Source: Octopus sinensis (taxonomy: Eukaryota). Taken from it: a stretch of 64,000 bases of DNA. Below the pieces are notes generated by a model that saw only the letters and a program-made list of their open reading frames with translations, was not told where the DNA came from and searched no databases. The stretch spans positions 10,974,001-11,038,000 of the forward strand of contig NC_043008.1 of NCBI RefSeq assembly GCF_006345805.1, written 5' to 3'. Made by a program: the position numbers and the translations under genes. Shown piece after piece: positions 38,298-52,381 of the stretch (position 1 is the first letter of the stretch; every line of letters begins with the position of its first letter).

Positions 38298-38766
38298 GGC
38301 GGCGAGCTGGCAGAACCGTTAGCGCGCCGGGCGAAATGCTTAGCGGCATTTCGTCTGCCGTTACGTTCTGAGTTCAAATTCCGCCGAGGTCGACTTTGCC
38401 TTTCATCCATTCGGGGTCGATAAATTAAGTACCAGTTACGCACTGGGGTCTATATGATCGACTTAATCCGTTTATCTGTCCTTGTTTGTCCCCTCTGTGT
38501 TTAGCCCCTTGTGGGTAGTAAAGAAATAGGTATTTCTTCCAAAGAAGGCGGCGAGCTGGCAGAAACGTTAGCACGCCGGGCGAAATGCTTAGCGGCATTT
38601 CGTCTGCCGTTACGTTCTGAGTTCAAATTCCGCCGAGGTCGACTTTGCCTTTCATCCATTTGGGGTCGATAAATTAAGTACCATTTGCGCACTGGGGTCT
38701 ACATGATCGACTTAATCCGTTTATCTGTCCTTGTGTGTCCTCTCTGTGTTTGGTAGTAAAGAAATA
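38298..38766 (+). mobile_element. Two head-to-tail full family A SINE copies
   Basis: The second head starts at 38547, after AAAGAAATAGGTATTTCTTCCAAAGAA. Older family A fragments follow to ~38930. Confidence 0.9.
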
Positions 38767-39125
38767 TGTATTTAGTTTGTCTTTATCTTCTGTGTTCAAA
38801 TACTGTTAAACACTGAGACCGCTGTAATCGACTAGCTTCTCACCTTAGAAATGCTGGCCTTGTGCCAAAATGTGAAACCATTTTTAGACGTCTTTACGTT
38901 CTTAGTTCAAATTCCGCCGAAGTCAACTTATATACTGATGTGTCTAATTTGATGGTCTCCACATTTGCTTCTGATCAACCTGATCCTTCTTATGCCTTTC
39001 TTTGTGGAATGACCCCCTGTAAAGACATCGGAGTCTATATTTGAAATTTTTGAGCACTACTAAGTGTATTCTATACGGAGATTATCAAGATCTCATCTGC
39101 GAAATATCTATATATTGTTGTTATT

Positions 39126-39423
39126 TGTTTCTTCTCGAAGGATGCCTGGCTCATAAAGGCTGGTTTCCCGGTTTCATTGGCGTATAGGTTCCTCCACCTT
39201 GACGGGACGCCGGTCCGTCGCAGGTGAGCTGCTAGATGCAGGAGGAAAGAGTAGGAGAAAGCTGTGGAAAAAGAGGCAGCAGAATTTTGCCATTACCTTC
39301 TGTCGGATCCGCGGGAAGCTTAGGTGTTTCGCTCATAAAGACACACATCGCCCGGTCTGAGATTCGAACCCGCAATCCCTCGACTGCGAGTTCGCTGCTC
39401 TAACCACCAGGCCATGTGCTTCC
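39126..39423 (-). mobile_element. SINE family B, tail type 2
   Basis: Reverse complement is homologous to 3036-3335. Confidence 0.85.
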
Positions 39424-42400
39424 ACACGCACACATATAGTTAATATTTAGTTTGCAATTGATGGTGCAAGCATTATCGTAGTGTTTTTCTCACTTCCCTC
39501 CTCCTTCCCTTCTCCTTTTTCGCACATGTGGCTACAATCAAGAATGGAAGTCTTTTTCTATATATTCACGCATACTTTCTCTGTGTATATTTTGTTATGT
39601 AAGAGTAACTTACCGAATTGTAATGCTTCATAAGTGTTTTTTTGTCGTGAAAGTATAATTGTCCTCTTGGTTCAATGAAGCAGACGTTAGATTGACGTCC
39701 AGTGAAAAGCATAATGTAAGAATCTATTGTTTTTAAAGATATATTGCATACTTGAGTTCGTTATATGAATAACAGGAAGAGCAATGATTTACAACTTAAT
39801 AACTTTGACAAGATACTTCATTTCTTATTGTACGACAGAGACCACTGGACAGTTTGAGTTAGCAGAACAATTGAAGATAAAAGACGAAATAGATTTTGTA
39901 CAAATCAACAAGCAATTTCAAAATAAAACCGATTATAATTTGACAGAAACAAAGACTATGTTTGAAGAAAATTATTTGGTGGAAATAGACAAAAGAATAT
40001 AAATAACTACTGGCTATTTTGTTTATACCATTAAACATACGTTTTTTTTACCTTTATCTGAATATCTTTTGGATATATTTTAGATGAAAAAATATGTAAG
40101 CTTAAAGAAAAAGAGACTGAAAGTGAAAAAAGAAAATAACAGAAATAAAATGAAAAATAAACTTCATTTACTGTTTTATTTCTTAAAAATAAACAGCAGT
40201 CTCAAAGTGAATATTCGATTTAATCAGTTTGATCTTGAAATATTGAAAGGAAACTTGGCTATATATTGTACGTGTGCATTGATCTGTAGACTTTTAAAAG
40301 AAAGAAACCCACAAACATTGAAATTAATAAAACTACAAAAACGAATTCATACTATTTTCGTCTCAGATGACATAATGAAATGAAATATATAATAATGAAA
40401 TGAAATAGACAAAAGATACTGGATATAAGCTGAGCAATAAATTCCATAGTTTATTATTAAAATCCTAGAAAATCTCTTAAAATATGATTGTTCTTTTATC
40501 AAAACGATAAAGCTATTTCCGAAAGAAAATGTATAAACTGAAATATTTTTATATTAAAATTCTTTTTGTTTAAAACTAAATTGCTACTGATCAGCTTGCC
40601 AGTCGAGGATTGTTTTTAAGAAATGCATCATTAATAAAGCATTTCAGGTGCCAGTGTGCTTATGAAGTGAACATAATGGTTAAATGAAATTACGAAAATT
40701 CCAGTATACGTTCAGCGTTTAACTGTTTTATAGAATAATCCGTTGCTACAAAGCTACAGGGAATATTCAGAAAACAGATCACAAATGCAATCGAAATACG
40801 GGCAATGACAGAATCTCTCTTGTAAGCGGCTGTTCATTTCAAAACACAGCAAATATATTGCCGTATTTTCCGTCATGCAAGATGAGTATTATATAGTGTA
40901 AACATGTCGCGTAAACATTCAAATACCGTCATTATTTTTCCAAACCCTACTGCTTTCCAAAACCTGAAAATGTTAGTGTTCCATAATCATCTTGGTATAG
41001 AAGCCAACTTACCATTTTGGATGTAAATTTTGGTCTGAAGAAAATAATTCGATTTGTAAACGCTTTCGTCTATATACAACAAAATATTGAAATGGGGATT
41101 ACATTTCAAAGATCAATGACTTAATCATACGACAAAATTTATTCATGTCTTACCACTCAGAATTATAATATTATTCTAATGGTGTCAGATGTTACAAACA
41201 AATGATTGTCTTTAAAACGAAAATAAACGGTTTGTATGTAAATGTCGTAAGATGTATTTAAAATATGTAACTCAATTTGGATATGCTACTGACCTAAAGT
41301 TCTTATCAATATATTCCCTGATTATAGACAGATCATATTCCAGAGCTAGATAAAGAATTAAATGATTAAGAATTTACTGATCGATACGACTAAAGACTTG
41401 ATACTGGTGATGATGAACTGTATCGTAAAACTAACATCACTATGAAAGCAAAATCAGATGTTTATAAGAGCTCTATCGTCACGGATGAGAATTAGTAAAA
41501 CATGCAGATTCTAAATGGTTAAGTCCAGACCGGTAGTTAGTAAGTCGGCTGGAAGTGGTAAATATAATCGATCTGTGTTCAATATTTGACCTTACTCAGC
41601 AGTATTATCAGAAGTGGAATAGATATTATACCGATCGAAATGTATCTTTCACGCATTCAAGATAATGAAATTATTAAATAATAACAGTTTTAATACAAAT
41701 AATAATCAGTGCTTACATGAAATAAATATAGATCGGTTGAACAGACATATCTGATGTGCCTATATGGACCGTATTTGTACATTTAGCTGTTTATTAGTAT
41801 ACATCGAATTGTTATGTCTTTATTAAGTATTAGGTGTTTTAGCTTTGAAATAAAGCACAGGGAAATAATTCATGTGCCACAGGCTGTGCATCAACTTACT
41901 GATAATACTTGTATACGAGAAAGTTATAGATATTTTAATGTTAGTATATTTCATTCAATCCAAAGCTTTGAAAACAGTTCCATTGAAATTTACTGCAATA
42001 GGCCTTATTTCAAATTATTCTCTATAGGAAGAGCTGCATCAAGGATAATCGTTCTTTGCAATTCTACAGAAATTACTCAAGAATACTTTACTTTTCATAT
42101 ATGAGCTGTTGCACTTATGATATGAAAACATCGCTATAGGAACAGAATTTTATATTAAGGATTAAACACAACAGGCGTTGTAAAGAATGTTAGACATGGC
42201 ATTATAGCTAGCCTTTTTACACGATACAGCATCTATGAAGACACATAGTCCAGCGTAATATTTAGAGAACCCGAATATCAATCTCATGTATATTTTCAAT
42301 ACGTATTGAAAGTATCGTATCATGATTTCCCTTCTGGAATCCCTATTAAATTTTGCTAGATATTTCAGTTTTTGAACTTCAATTTATTAAACAACTTCCA

Positions 42401-42445
42401 TTTTATTTGTAATTCCACAGAAACCATAGAAGGATTTATATATAC

Positions 42446-42504
<59 letters not shown>

Positions 42505-42968
42505 ATATATATAATATACACACATATACTATGTATATATATATATATAGTATATATATGTGTATGCATATATATATATATATATATATGCATATATGCA
42601 TATATATATGTATATATATATATATAATATATGTATATATATATACATGTATATATACACGTATAAGCCACATATATATATCTTTGATTTCCAATTTGAA
42701 TGCATCATTTACTTGTATTTTAAGAGTGTTTGCTAATTGGTAATGGATTCTCTTTCATCGCATTTCATTCAATCAGATTTTATCTTCAACATTCCTTTGA
42801 TGGGATGATGAAATTATAAATAATGGGGTGTTTCTACTGTAATATAAGCTGAAAGTTACAATTGAGATATCTTTTATTGCTATTCTAGCATATCCCTTCC
42901 ATAAGCATACATAAATCATTATAAATACTTGTTTTTATATATATATATATATTATATATGCATGTATT

Positions 42969-43000
<32 letters not shown>

Positions 43001-43122
43001 ATATATATATATTGTGTGTGTGTGTTTGTGTGTGTGTATTTATATGTATAAAATAAATTTTATACATATATATGCACATACATATTTACATATATATATT
43101 TATACATATATATGTATATATA

Positions 43123-43157
<35 letters not shown>

Positions 43158-43559
43158 TATATACCTATATAGGTATGGATATATGCATATATATGTATAT
43201 ATAGTTTTTGTAGGTATATATACGTATATATATATGTATGTATGTATAATGAGCTATTTTATTCATAGGCTAAATTTGTACTCAAATGGATTGAATTCAC
43301 GGTTGATTGCGCAAATGTTTTCTCTTTAATGATATCTTCCTCGTACAAATTCTTCGACTATATTTAGAAAAATGAACACGTCATATGTGCCTATCGAGCC
43401 GTTGAAATATTAAAGCTAAATTATATATCACTTCTCTGAGAATGAGTTCCATACTTTATTTCACTACAATTCTTCTCTGAGGGGATGAATATTCTAATTC
43501 TCCATCGTTTGTGATACATTATTGTCACAAGCTATTGTCTGTACACTCCTGTGTGAAAG

Positions 43560-44830
43560 TTTCAGCTTTGGCGCTTTGAAGATATTCGTCATACAGTTTT
43601 AAGTTTCCAGTTAACAAGCGTTCAATATCGTTCGATTTCGTCGAGTTATCTCTTTCGTAGGTTTTAAGTCTTTACCTGTTTTGTCGTAAGTTGCCATGTT
43701 TTGAAAATATTTGCCTCACTTTCCTCTTTTCTATTAATATGCCGATTCCTCGTACATTTACCTCTTGTCTTTTACAGTGATGATAGCATCGTCTACTTGC
43801 ATTTACTATTTTATCCATTTCTTTCTTTTTCTTTCTTTAAAATTTATACAAAGTATTGACCGGTCTAATTAGTTTTCGAACACTATCAGTTTCCTCTCAT
43901 TCTTCTCTACTGTTTACCTGAATCTTCCTGATCTATAAATGACTACTTTGTTATCCATTAGTTTAGAATTCTTGTTGTTTTGCGGTAGACTAGGGGCTTA
44001 TCAGGTGACTTATCAGGTGACACACCTAACATATACCTGTTCTTATTTCTTTCATTTAATCTATTTCTTTTGCACTTATTCCTTACTACAGGTAATTTGC
44101 GGTTTATTTTCTTTCAACTCATTTTGACCACTTATTTCACCATTAATCAATATTTTCGTTCTACTCTTGATCGCCTGATTTTGTGTGTGCAAATAGGTCA
44201 CTCAGTATTTTACTTATCTCCTCTAAACTGTCTCTCGTTAGTACAACGTCATTAACAAATTTTGAGGTGGTCTTTAGTTTTCATTGATCTTGATTTCTCA
44301 TTTCTACTAGTCTAGTATCCTGAAGCTGTTTACACAGTTGCGAATTATTTGGTTGATGCGGCGTATTCTTTTGAAGTACCCCTCCTTACATCGATTAAAT
44401 ACCTTGTGCGTATAATAACAATATCCCTACTTTTACCAATAAATAGCTGCCACCAAGATCTCTTCGATACATATCTCTTTCAATAAATCCAACATATCTT
44501 AAGTCTTTATTGAGTCAAAGACTTTCCACGTAAGCAAGAATTATTAAGCCCAGTAGTAAAGATTTTTTTCTCCTAGATATTTTCGATTAGTGGACGCTTG
44601 TGCAAAACCCATTTCTGAAACTATCTACACTGGTGATCCTAACCCTGGAATTGATCCTTTCTGCACGCTGTCGGTTGTTTTATTAGTCATTAAAAAATAC
44701 ACATCTCCTATGTCAGTATTTATGTTCGTATTGATGACTGTACAACTGCCATAAGTATACCAGCCAGACCTAGTGAACCGCATAACAAAATCTGTGATCC
44801 CTCACCAAGCAAACTCCTATCACTAACAAG
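43560..44830 (-). mobile_element. Probable highly degraded LINE fragment
   Basis: Purine-rich minus strand with coding-like but stop-riddled composition. No clean motif could be read, so the assignment is weak. Confidence 0.3.
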
Positions 44831-45316
44831 TAATTGGCAATGATTTAATTAATATTTACTCAATTCTGGGTCCAAGCATATGTACACCAACTCACGTGTG
44901 TGTGTGTGTGTCTGGGCTTGTATGTGTCTGTGTGCGTCTGTTCGAGCGAGTGTACGTGCGCCAGACCATGTATATATGGGCATTTATCGGTTATATCTAA
45001 AACTTTTTTCTCTGCATTGTGTATTTGCTTCTTTGTGTATCTATTATTTGTTATCGATCTTCTATAAGTATGAAGCTGCATATCCTAATTTGCCATTTAT
45101 ATATTGAAAGACCAAGAAGAAATCTTGCGAAACATAGTTTATGTTAACGAAATATCTCTTGAAATCACCCGAGAAAACACATTTATGCCGACGGATACAC
45201 CTAAACTAGATTTTCACTATGCCACCCGCAAGGGATCGATGCTAGATTGGCCGAATCACTTATAGTGATCAATGAAGGTTCTCGTATTTTCCATCATTCG
45301 TCTGTTTTCATTAATG

Positions 45317-45372
<56 letters not shown>

Positions 45373-45834
45373 GTGCACAGATATATTTTTAGTTTCAAGT
45401 GACATCACTAGGTTGGTCGGAGATGCTGCATCAGTGATACTTCAAGCATTGTAGGTTGAATTGAGATTTTTCAACAGCGGACGTCCTCGTGCAATTGACA
45501 AAGCTCGAAAAGTTGAAGCGGATTTTTTTCTATCATTCCTTTTCTTTGGTGAAAAAAGGACACCCTTTGTATGATATTAATTCTCGCGCTCGAAATGAAA
45601 ATTCCAAATTCCTGAATGATCCACCTGCTACTAGCAGTTGATTATAATCTTAAAGTATGATTATCCACGAAGAATCACATTGGTGCCCGTTGCATGTTCT
45701 TCCTTTTCTGTGGTCCTTGGTATTTCATCTCTTCTGATGTTGAATAGCAAGAGTAAGAAGCAACGATAAATATAATTATATTGTGCAGTCATTTATGATA
45801 AATTGATTAAGCCTGTCCTACTCTGTTGCTGTAG

Positions 45835-45940
45835 AACCTAAATTGCCTCTAATCTGGAAGGCAAAACATGATGTTATTGACCGTACTGGCTATAAAGTGT
45901 CATCGAAAAGCTTCTACCACCAATTTCTGCTACAGAGAGA
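45835..45940 (+). CDS. Candidate coding exon ((E)PKLPLIWKAKHDVIDRTGYKVSSKSFYHQFLLQR)
   Basis: Acceptor CTGTCCTACTCTGTTGCTGTAG and donor AGA|GTAAGT. 106 nt with a single open frame (phase 1 to 2). No homology recognised. Confidence 0.3.
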
Positions 45941-46197
45941 GTAAGTGTCCGCAAAATCCAATCATGGAACCACAAGAGCTTCCATACATATGCACACCCA
46001 CCAATCTAACTAACCCATACACAAACACACGCACACATGAAATATTCTCCTCATGCAAGCACGAACACTTAAAAATACTAAAGTATTTTAAACGAATAAT
46101 TTTTCAAAAAGCTAAGCATGTAAATATCTCATCAACGCCCCTCCCAAAAACTAGATCATAAACTATCCCCATAATGTACAGAAAAGCATTTTTACAG

Positions 46198-46208
46198 CTT
46201 CACAGGAA
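46198..46208 (+). CDS. Candidate 11-nt microexon ((D)FTG(I))
   Basis: Context TTTTTACAG|CTTCACAGGAA|GTAAGT. It converts phase 2 to phase 1, as needed between its neighbouring candidate exons. Confidence 0.15.
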
Positions 46209-46451
46209 GTAAGTACTTCAGAAAATTATCTAAAAGTGTCCCTCTCTCGAACCTAAATCCTCTGAAAATATTTTCAAATATAAGTACACAAATCTAAATA
46301 TTCTCACATGAGAATATATATTTGTAAGCAAGCAAATTGGAAGACCCTCTTCTTTTTAGCTTTTCTTACTTTCTTTTCGTATTTAAATTTTAATTGTTTT
46401 TAAATTTTGAATTAAATTTCTTTGTATTCCGAATTTTATACATCAATATAT

Positions 46452-46780
46452 ATTTCTTTATTGCCCACAGAGGGTTAAACACAGAGGGGACAAACAAAGG
46501 GATTAACTCGATTACATCTACTCGATTACATAACGGCAGACGAAATACCTATTTCTTTACTACCCATAAGGGGCTAAACACAGAGAGGACAAACAAAGAC
46601 AGACAAACGGATTAAGTCGATTACATCTACCCCATTGCGTAACTGGTAATTATTTGATCGACCCCGAAAGGATGAAAGGCAAAGTCGACCTCAGCGGAAT
46701 TTGAACTCAGAACGTAACTGCAGACGAAATACTGCTAAGCGTTTCGCCCGGCGTGCTAACGTTTCTGCCAGCTCGCCGCC
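46452..46780 (-). mobile_element. SINE family A head + one full unit + a deleted second unit
   Basis: Same junction GCAGACGAAATACCTATTTCTTTAC at ~46536 as in the other multimers. Confidence 0.88.
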
Positions 46781-47072
46781 TTATTCATAATGGATCACGT
46801 TCGCATATACCCTAAGGCCTAAACTAATACGTTATAAAACATCTACCTTTAAAATATGACTGAAAACAATGTTAATGAACATATAGCCCAAACAGTTTAC
46901 TTCCATAGAACATCAGGTTTAAACCTTCGAGATACTAACCAAATTGCTTATAGAACAATGAACAGCAACAGAAAAAAACATACTCCAAAAACCTGTATAT
47001 GTGTGTGTATGTGTGCGTGCGTGTGCGTGCATATTTACATATATATATATTATATATATAAATATATATATA

Positions 47073-47116
<44 letters not shown>

Positions 47117-47132
47117 TATATATACGCATATA

Positions 47133-47517
47133 TCTCTCTCTATATATAAACGGCAGTTGTCTGTGTGTGTGTCTGTGTGTCTGTTAGGTTGTACCCTCAC
47201 CCTGACCATGGCTTTCAACCGATTCTGATGAAACTTGACACACACATAGCCCAATGTCATAATTCAAAACTAACGCAGCGAAAATTTTGAAAAGTTCCCC
47301 CAGTTCTGAAAAAGATCGATAAATTCGACATGGAGTCGACAATCAGAAACACAAACCACAGATGGTCTAGGGGACGCAACTCGACCTTTTTAACTATCAA
47401 AAAAAATTTACCATAATTTTTTTTCCATTTTTTTGCTATTTTTTTGCTATAACTCTCTAAAAATGCTTTATAGTTATTTCCCTTACAAACCCGAGCAACG
47501 CCGGGCGATAATGCTAG
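47133..47517 (+). mobile_element. Non-autonomous Helitron-like element
   Basis: 5' TC after A, hairpin CCCGAGCAACGCCGGG, 3' CTAG followed by T. Confidence 0.82.
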
Positions 47518-48004
47518 TTATATATAAATGCATATGGAGAAATTCAAAATGTAATGATGATGTAATGAATAAATTAAATTAGTGTAATCAAGCAATATGC
47601 AAATATAAACACGCAACAAAAGACAATATATAAGACAACCCCACTTAAACAACAACAGCAGAAACACTGGAAGTTTCACAATGAAGAGTGGCATGCATGT
47701 TGTTTTGTAAATTTTGCCTCAGCTTCTTTTACTCTTCTTAATGCCAAACAGAGAAAGAGAAAGTGAAAGTACAGTAATTAAAAATGGTAAATTACAACTT
47801 ATTGACAAGTTTTCTAGTCATCTCCATCATGGATGGCAGCTTTTATCAAATTAATGACAGAGCTATGACGATCTTCTCCATATTTAGACCTGTTGAAGAA
47901 TATTGCCTGAGTCTCACGCTTTCTATTATATAGAATAATTCTTTTGATTGTTTCGTGTTGATACGCCTTTTTTTTCTTTAGATAATGTTTTTACTCTTTC
48001 GCAG

Positions 48005-48077
48005 TTGAGTGCATGATCAATTATTATGATGGGTTTCCAGCGCAATCTTCGGCAAAATTGATTTCATATATACAAGA
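48005..48077 (+). CDS. Candidate coding exon (ECMINYYDGFPAQSSAKLISYIQ)
   Basis: Strong acceptor TTTTTACTCTTTCGCAG and donor AGA|GTAAAT. 73 nt with a single open frame (phase 1 to 2). Confidence 0.22.
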
Positions 48078-48191
48078 GTAAATAGCATAAAATGCAAACT
48101 ATTGCGCGTGCTGCATGGCAGTTTGATGACGATTAATGCATAGAACACACATAGATGTATTCATACCTACAAACATACATATATATACATT

Positions 48192-48239
<48 letters not shown>

Positions 48240-48457
48240 ATTATATATATATATATTTATATATATATATACGTAAACATAGATTTTTTTTCATATAGGT
48301 GTAAAGTTACTATCATTTATGCGGAAACGTAGAAAACATGTACGCATATATACACAGTGTACACAATCATAAAAATAAACACACACACACACGCGCATAC
48401 ACAACACACATATATACATATATATATACATATATATATATATATGTATATATACAA

Positions 48458-48500
<43 letters not shown>

Positions 48501-48696
48501 CATACATATATATTCACAGGCATACAGACGCTCACAGGCATGCATATACATATATACACATACACAAATTTCTACATACATATAAACACATACACAAACT
48601 TACACATACATATACACACACAAACATATATATTTTATATATATATATATATTTATATATATATAAATATAAATATAAATATATATACATACATTC

Positions 48697-48728
<32 letters not shown>

Positions 48729-48741
48729 ATATATGTGTGTG

Positions 48742-48779
<38 letters not shown>

Positions 48780-49134
48780 TTTATATATATGAAGATTAAA
48801 TAAACACTACAACACAGATTCACCGAGATTTAGAATTTATAGGTATATACAGCCTGATATAACCCAAGGCTGTGTAATTAATGACGTCCGTCTGGGAATA
48901 AGTAAATGGAGAAGTAAATCAGATTGCCGACAGAAAGCTAGAATATAATCTTAGATACGCTTTAAAATCTTCTTTCGTTTCTTTTACTTGCCTCGGGGGC
49001 CTTAACATGTTTTATTGAAGTAAGCACTGTCATAGGTTTGGAAAATTAGAGACGACTGGATATCTGTTTTAAATAGATTCCAGACATCCAAATTTTTACT
49101 TTCTCTTATTCATTTACTTATGGTGTTCCAGTGC

Positions 49135-49691
49135 TGTGCGATAAATCGTGAGTTCAAATTTACTTCTGTTACTGAAGGAAGGAATTACAACCGTGTTTCG
49201 TGGTCTGCTACCACAACAGCTCCTTTATAGGATCCAGTTAGCTCAAGACATCATCAGAAGGAACCACATCCGGTTTCGGTCCCTACTCCTCTACCGTTTT
49301 GACGTGGCGGGGCCCCACTCCTTTCAGAGGTGTCTTCAGCTCTGGTGATGGGTGCATGTCTTCTTTCTTCTTCTTTCTTCTGTTCCCTGGCCTCTTCGAT
49401 GTATCGTCAGCGAGTATCAGCAGGGTGCCTGACTGACTTGTCCAATTTTCCGCTTTAAATACCTGCCGCTAGGCTCCAGCAGGCAGCCCCAGCAAGTGGT
49501 TACGTGACACTGTCTCACCTTAACTGACCAGTGAAGGCGCGTAGTTTTAGCCCGCGCATTCTCTAAACGACCGTCACCTGTCAGTCAGCGAAGCTGATTC
49601 AGTGTCAGCTTGTCTCACCTAGTGATGCTATTTCCCGCCGGCGTGTTTATGACTTTCAAGCCATTATATTTCATTACTATGAATCGTCACA
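49135..49691. mobile_element. Probable solo LTR
   Basis: ~557-bp GC-richer island bounded by TGTG-CGAT…ATCGTCACA (imperfect inverted TG…CA ends), with TATTTAAAG on the minus strand. No TSD found. Confidence 0.4.
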
Positions 49692-49860
49692 ACAAAATGG
49701 CTGTAGTTTGAGGAAAATGGTGTAATATTGTACAGGAAACAAAATATCCTGTGTTATTTACTTAGGTTATGTCAATTTAACGGTTCAATTTTCGTCGTGT
49801 TCAAATCAACACATTTCCTGGATTGATAATATAAATCTTCGTTGATTTATATACACTTTT

Positions 49861-50264
49861 ACTTTTTTACTTGTTTCAGTTATTTGACTGTGGCCAAGCT
49901 AGAGCACCGCCTTTAGTCGAGCAAATCGACTCCAGGACTTATTCTTTGTAAGCCTAGTACTTATTCTATCAGTCTCTTTTTGCCGAACAGCTAAGTTAGG
50001 GGGACGTAAACACACCAGCATCGGTTGTCAAGCGATGTTGGAGGGACAAACACAGACACACAAACATACACACACACACACGCACACACACATACATATA
50101 TACGACGGGCTTCTTCAGTTTCCGTCTACCAGATCCACTCACAATTCTTTCGTCGGCCCGAGGCAATAGTAGAAGACACTTGCCCAAGGTGCCACGCAGT
50201 GGCACTGAGCCCGGAACCATGTGGTTCGTAAGCAAGCTACTTACCACAGAGCCACTCCTACACC
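49861..50264 (-). mobile_element. SINE family C, full length
   Basis: tRNA-like head GGTGTAGGAGTGGCTCTGTGGTAAG, CORE-like CACCTTGGGCAAGTGTCTTC, internal (TG)n, and CR1/L2-type tail. Confidence 0.92.
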
Positions 50265-50984
50265 TTATTCTTTCCAAATATGCGTGGTTCTTTGACAAAG
50301 GGATATATCATTTAATCTTGCCGTCAGAAATCTGGAAATATGTCCAGTGCAATACTTTCACTTTTGTGAGAATGTTTGTGATTCATATCACTTTCGTTTA
50401 ACGACACGAAATAAATCTTTAAAAGATAAATAATGGACCATATGAGTGCTTAATACAATTTGTTGCAATAATACAAGCTGCAATAATACAAAAATGAACT
50501 TTCCTTTTCTTCAACTAGAAGTGTTCGGATTTTAATTGCATGGACTGCTGAGCACATTTTATACAAATGAGACTACCATGCATACATAAAAAAACAAAAA
50601 GATAGCTAAAGTATCTTCTTAGTGGTGGCAAGTTTTACATCATCTGAAAAGTCATTAGTTGAACTCTGAGTCCTCTTGCACTCTGGGGTGCAGTATAAGA
50701 GCGTTTGAGTGACATTAGACGCCAACAAATGCCTATAAATGAAATACATCGATCTGGGCCACGATCGTGGTCTGTCAACCTGTGCCTGATGGCCACGATC
50801 TTGGCTCGTCGCACTTTAAGTTTTAAAGATCTGTATCAGTAATAAACTTCGAGGTTACTTATTTTTAACTCAACCCAGATAATAGAATTCACGTAGAAAT
50901 ATTGAAATTGAAAAAGAAGAACAGTTCTACACGGCATCACGCTATGGTTACAGTAATTAATTTAAACTCAAAAGGAAAAGAAAA

Positions 50985-51150
50985 CGAAAAGACCAGAAGT
51001 TAAAGAACGCAGAATCCAACATCAATAGCCACTGCCTCCACCATTTCTTCCTTGCAATCTTTCTTCTCTTCTGATTCGCGTGAGACTTGGCCTTTTCAAT
51101 TATCAATGATGTCAACAGCGAGAAATCGAAATCCTCGGCCGCGCTAAGTA
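50985..51150 (-). mobile_element. Possible PIF/Harbinger transposase N-terminal fragment
   Basis: Minus translation LIIEKAKSHANQKRRKIARKKWWRQWLL resembles the basic RxRxWxRxWL N-terminus of Harbinger transposases; weak match. Confidence 0.3.
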
Positions 51151-51189
51151 TGAGAGGATGAAAAGTCTTTTATTTATTGCTTTACATTT

Positions 51190-51470
51190 TGTACTTGTTA
51201 CAGACTTCAGCCACGCTGCGGTCTCACCTTGAAGAATTTTAGTCGAACGAATCGCCCCTGCAAGTATTTTAAACCGGTACATATTCTATCGGTCACTCTT
51301 GCCGAAACGTTTAGTTATATATGATATATGGATATACATCGGATCGAAATAAAATAAAGTTTGTTAAAAATTGTTAATTTTAACAGGCACCCTATTTACA
51401 AAAGTCATATGTGTATATGTTTCTGTGTCTGTGTTTGTCCCCCCCCCTCCACCACATCGCTTGACAACCG
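51190..51470. mobile_element. Degraded family C SINE fragments (3' tail inverted, middle part forward)
   Basis: TTTAGTCGAACGAATCG and TGTGTTTGTCCCCC…CATCGCTTGACAACCG motifs. Confidence 0.55.
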
Positions 51471-51590
51471 TTTCAATTCGTTTAATCAAGTCTCTATTCG
51501 GTAATTCTATCCCTGCTAGGGACTGTACTTTGCCTCTTTTTAGGTAGATTACTCCACACTTCTTGAGTCCAAATTCCATTCTAATATTAG
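51471..51590 (-). mobile_element. R4/Dong-like (RLE-clade) RT fragment
   Basis: Minus translation MEFGLKKCGVIYLKRGK matches the recalled (G)MEFGLDKCAxxxLKRGK post-YxDD motif. Confidence 0.65.
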
Positions 51591-51611
51591 TACTAAAACA
51601 GTGGACAGTGT

Positions 51612-51771
51612 TCTCTTCTTCTTCTTCTTCTTCTTCTTCTTCTTCTTCTTCTTCCTTCTTCTTCTTCTTCTTCTTCTTCTTCTTTTTCTTCTCTTCTTCT
51701 TCTTCTTCTTCTTCTTCTTCTTCCTCTCCTTCTCCTTCTCCTCCTCCTCCTCCTTCTTCTTCTTATCATCT

Positions 51772-51805
<34 letters not shown>

Positions 51806-51818
51806 CATTATTATCATT

Positions 51819-51859
<41 letters not shown>

Positions 51860-51905
51860 TATTATCATCATCTTCATTGTTATCATTATTATTATTATTA
51901 TTATT
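51612..51905. repeat. Consecutive (CTT)n, (CCT)n, (ATT)n and (CAT)n arrays
   Basis: Directly visible. Confidence 0.95.
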
Positions 51906-52381
51906 TCTTCGTCTTCTATTTGACTTGAAATATTCAACAATATCATTTCCTGTTAGACAACTACTGCTATTTTATGCTGAAATTTATGGCGGAATTTTTC
52001 TTTGAAATATATACACAAGTAATACACAAATTTATGTAAAGGCTTTTCAAATAATTCCACCAATCAAATAAAACTTGATGCCACCTCGTATGTTCTCCTT
52101 AGCGTGAATTAATTAACAACCGCAGCGGTGTTCTTTGAGAGTTTTAATTAATTTTAAAGCTAAATCGATAAGCAAATAACTCAGAATTTAAATATATATA
52201 TAGTAGAACTAATATAAGTCATAAAATACATTTTGTTAGCTCGAAATAGTCCAGAGAATTATGTTATTAATAACAATAATTATTCTCAAATATTTCGGTA
52301 TGTAATTCACTTAATTGTCATACACTTCATCCCTGATTTTTCTCTGATTCACTAGAAAATAAACAGTTCCATAGAAAATAT

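Noticed and set aside
39784-40383. 72-aa and 99-aa + strand ORFs
   Set aside because: AT-rich, with no splice support or recognisable motifs; consistent with chance.
45400-45530. SGRPRAID mariner/Tc1-like motif
   Set aside because: Too short and degenerate to call.
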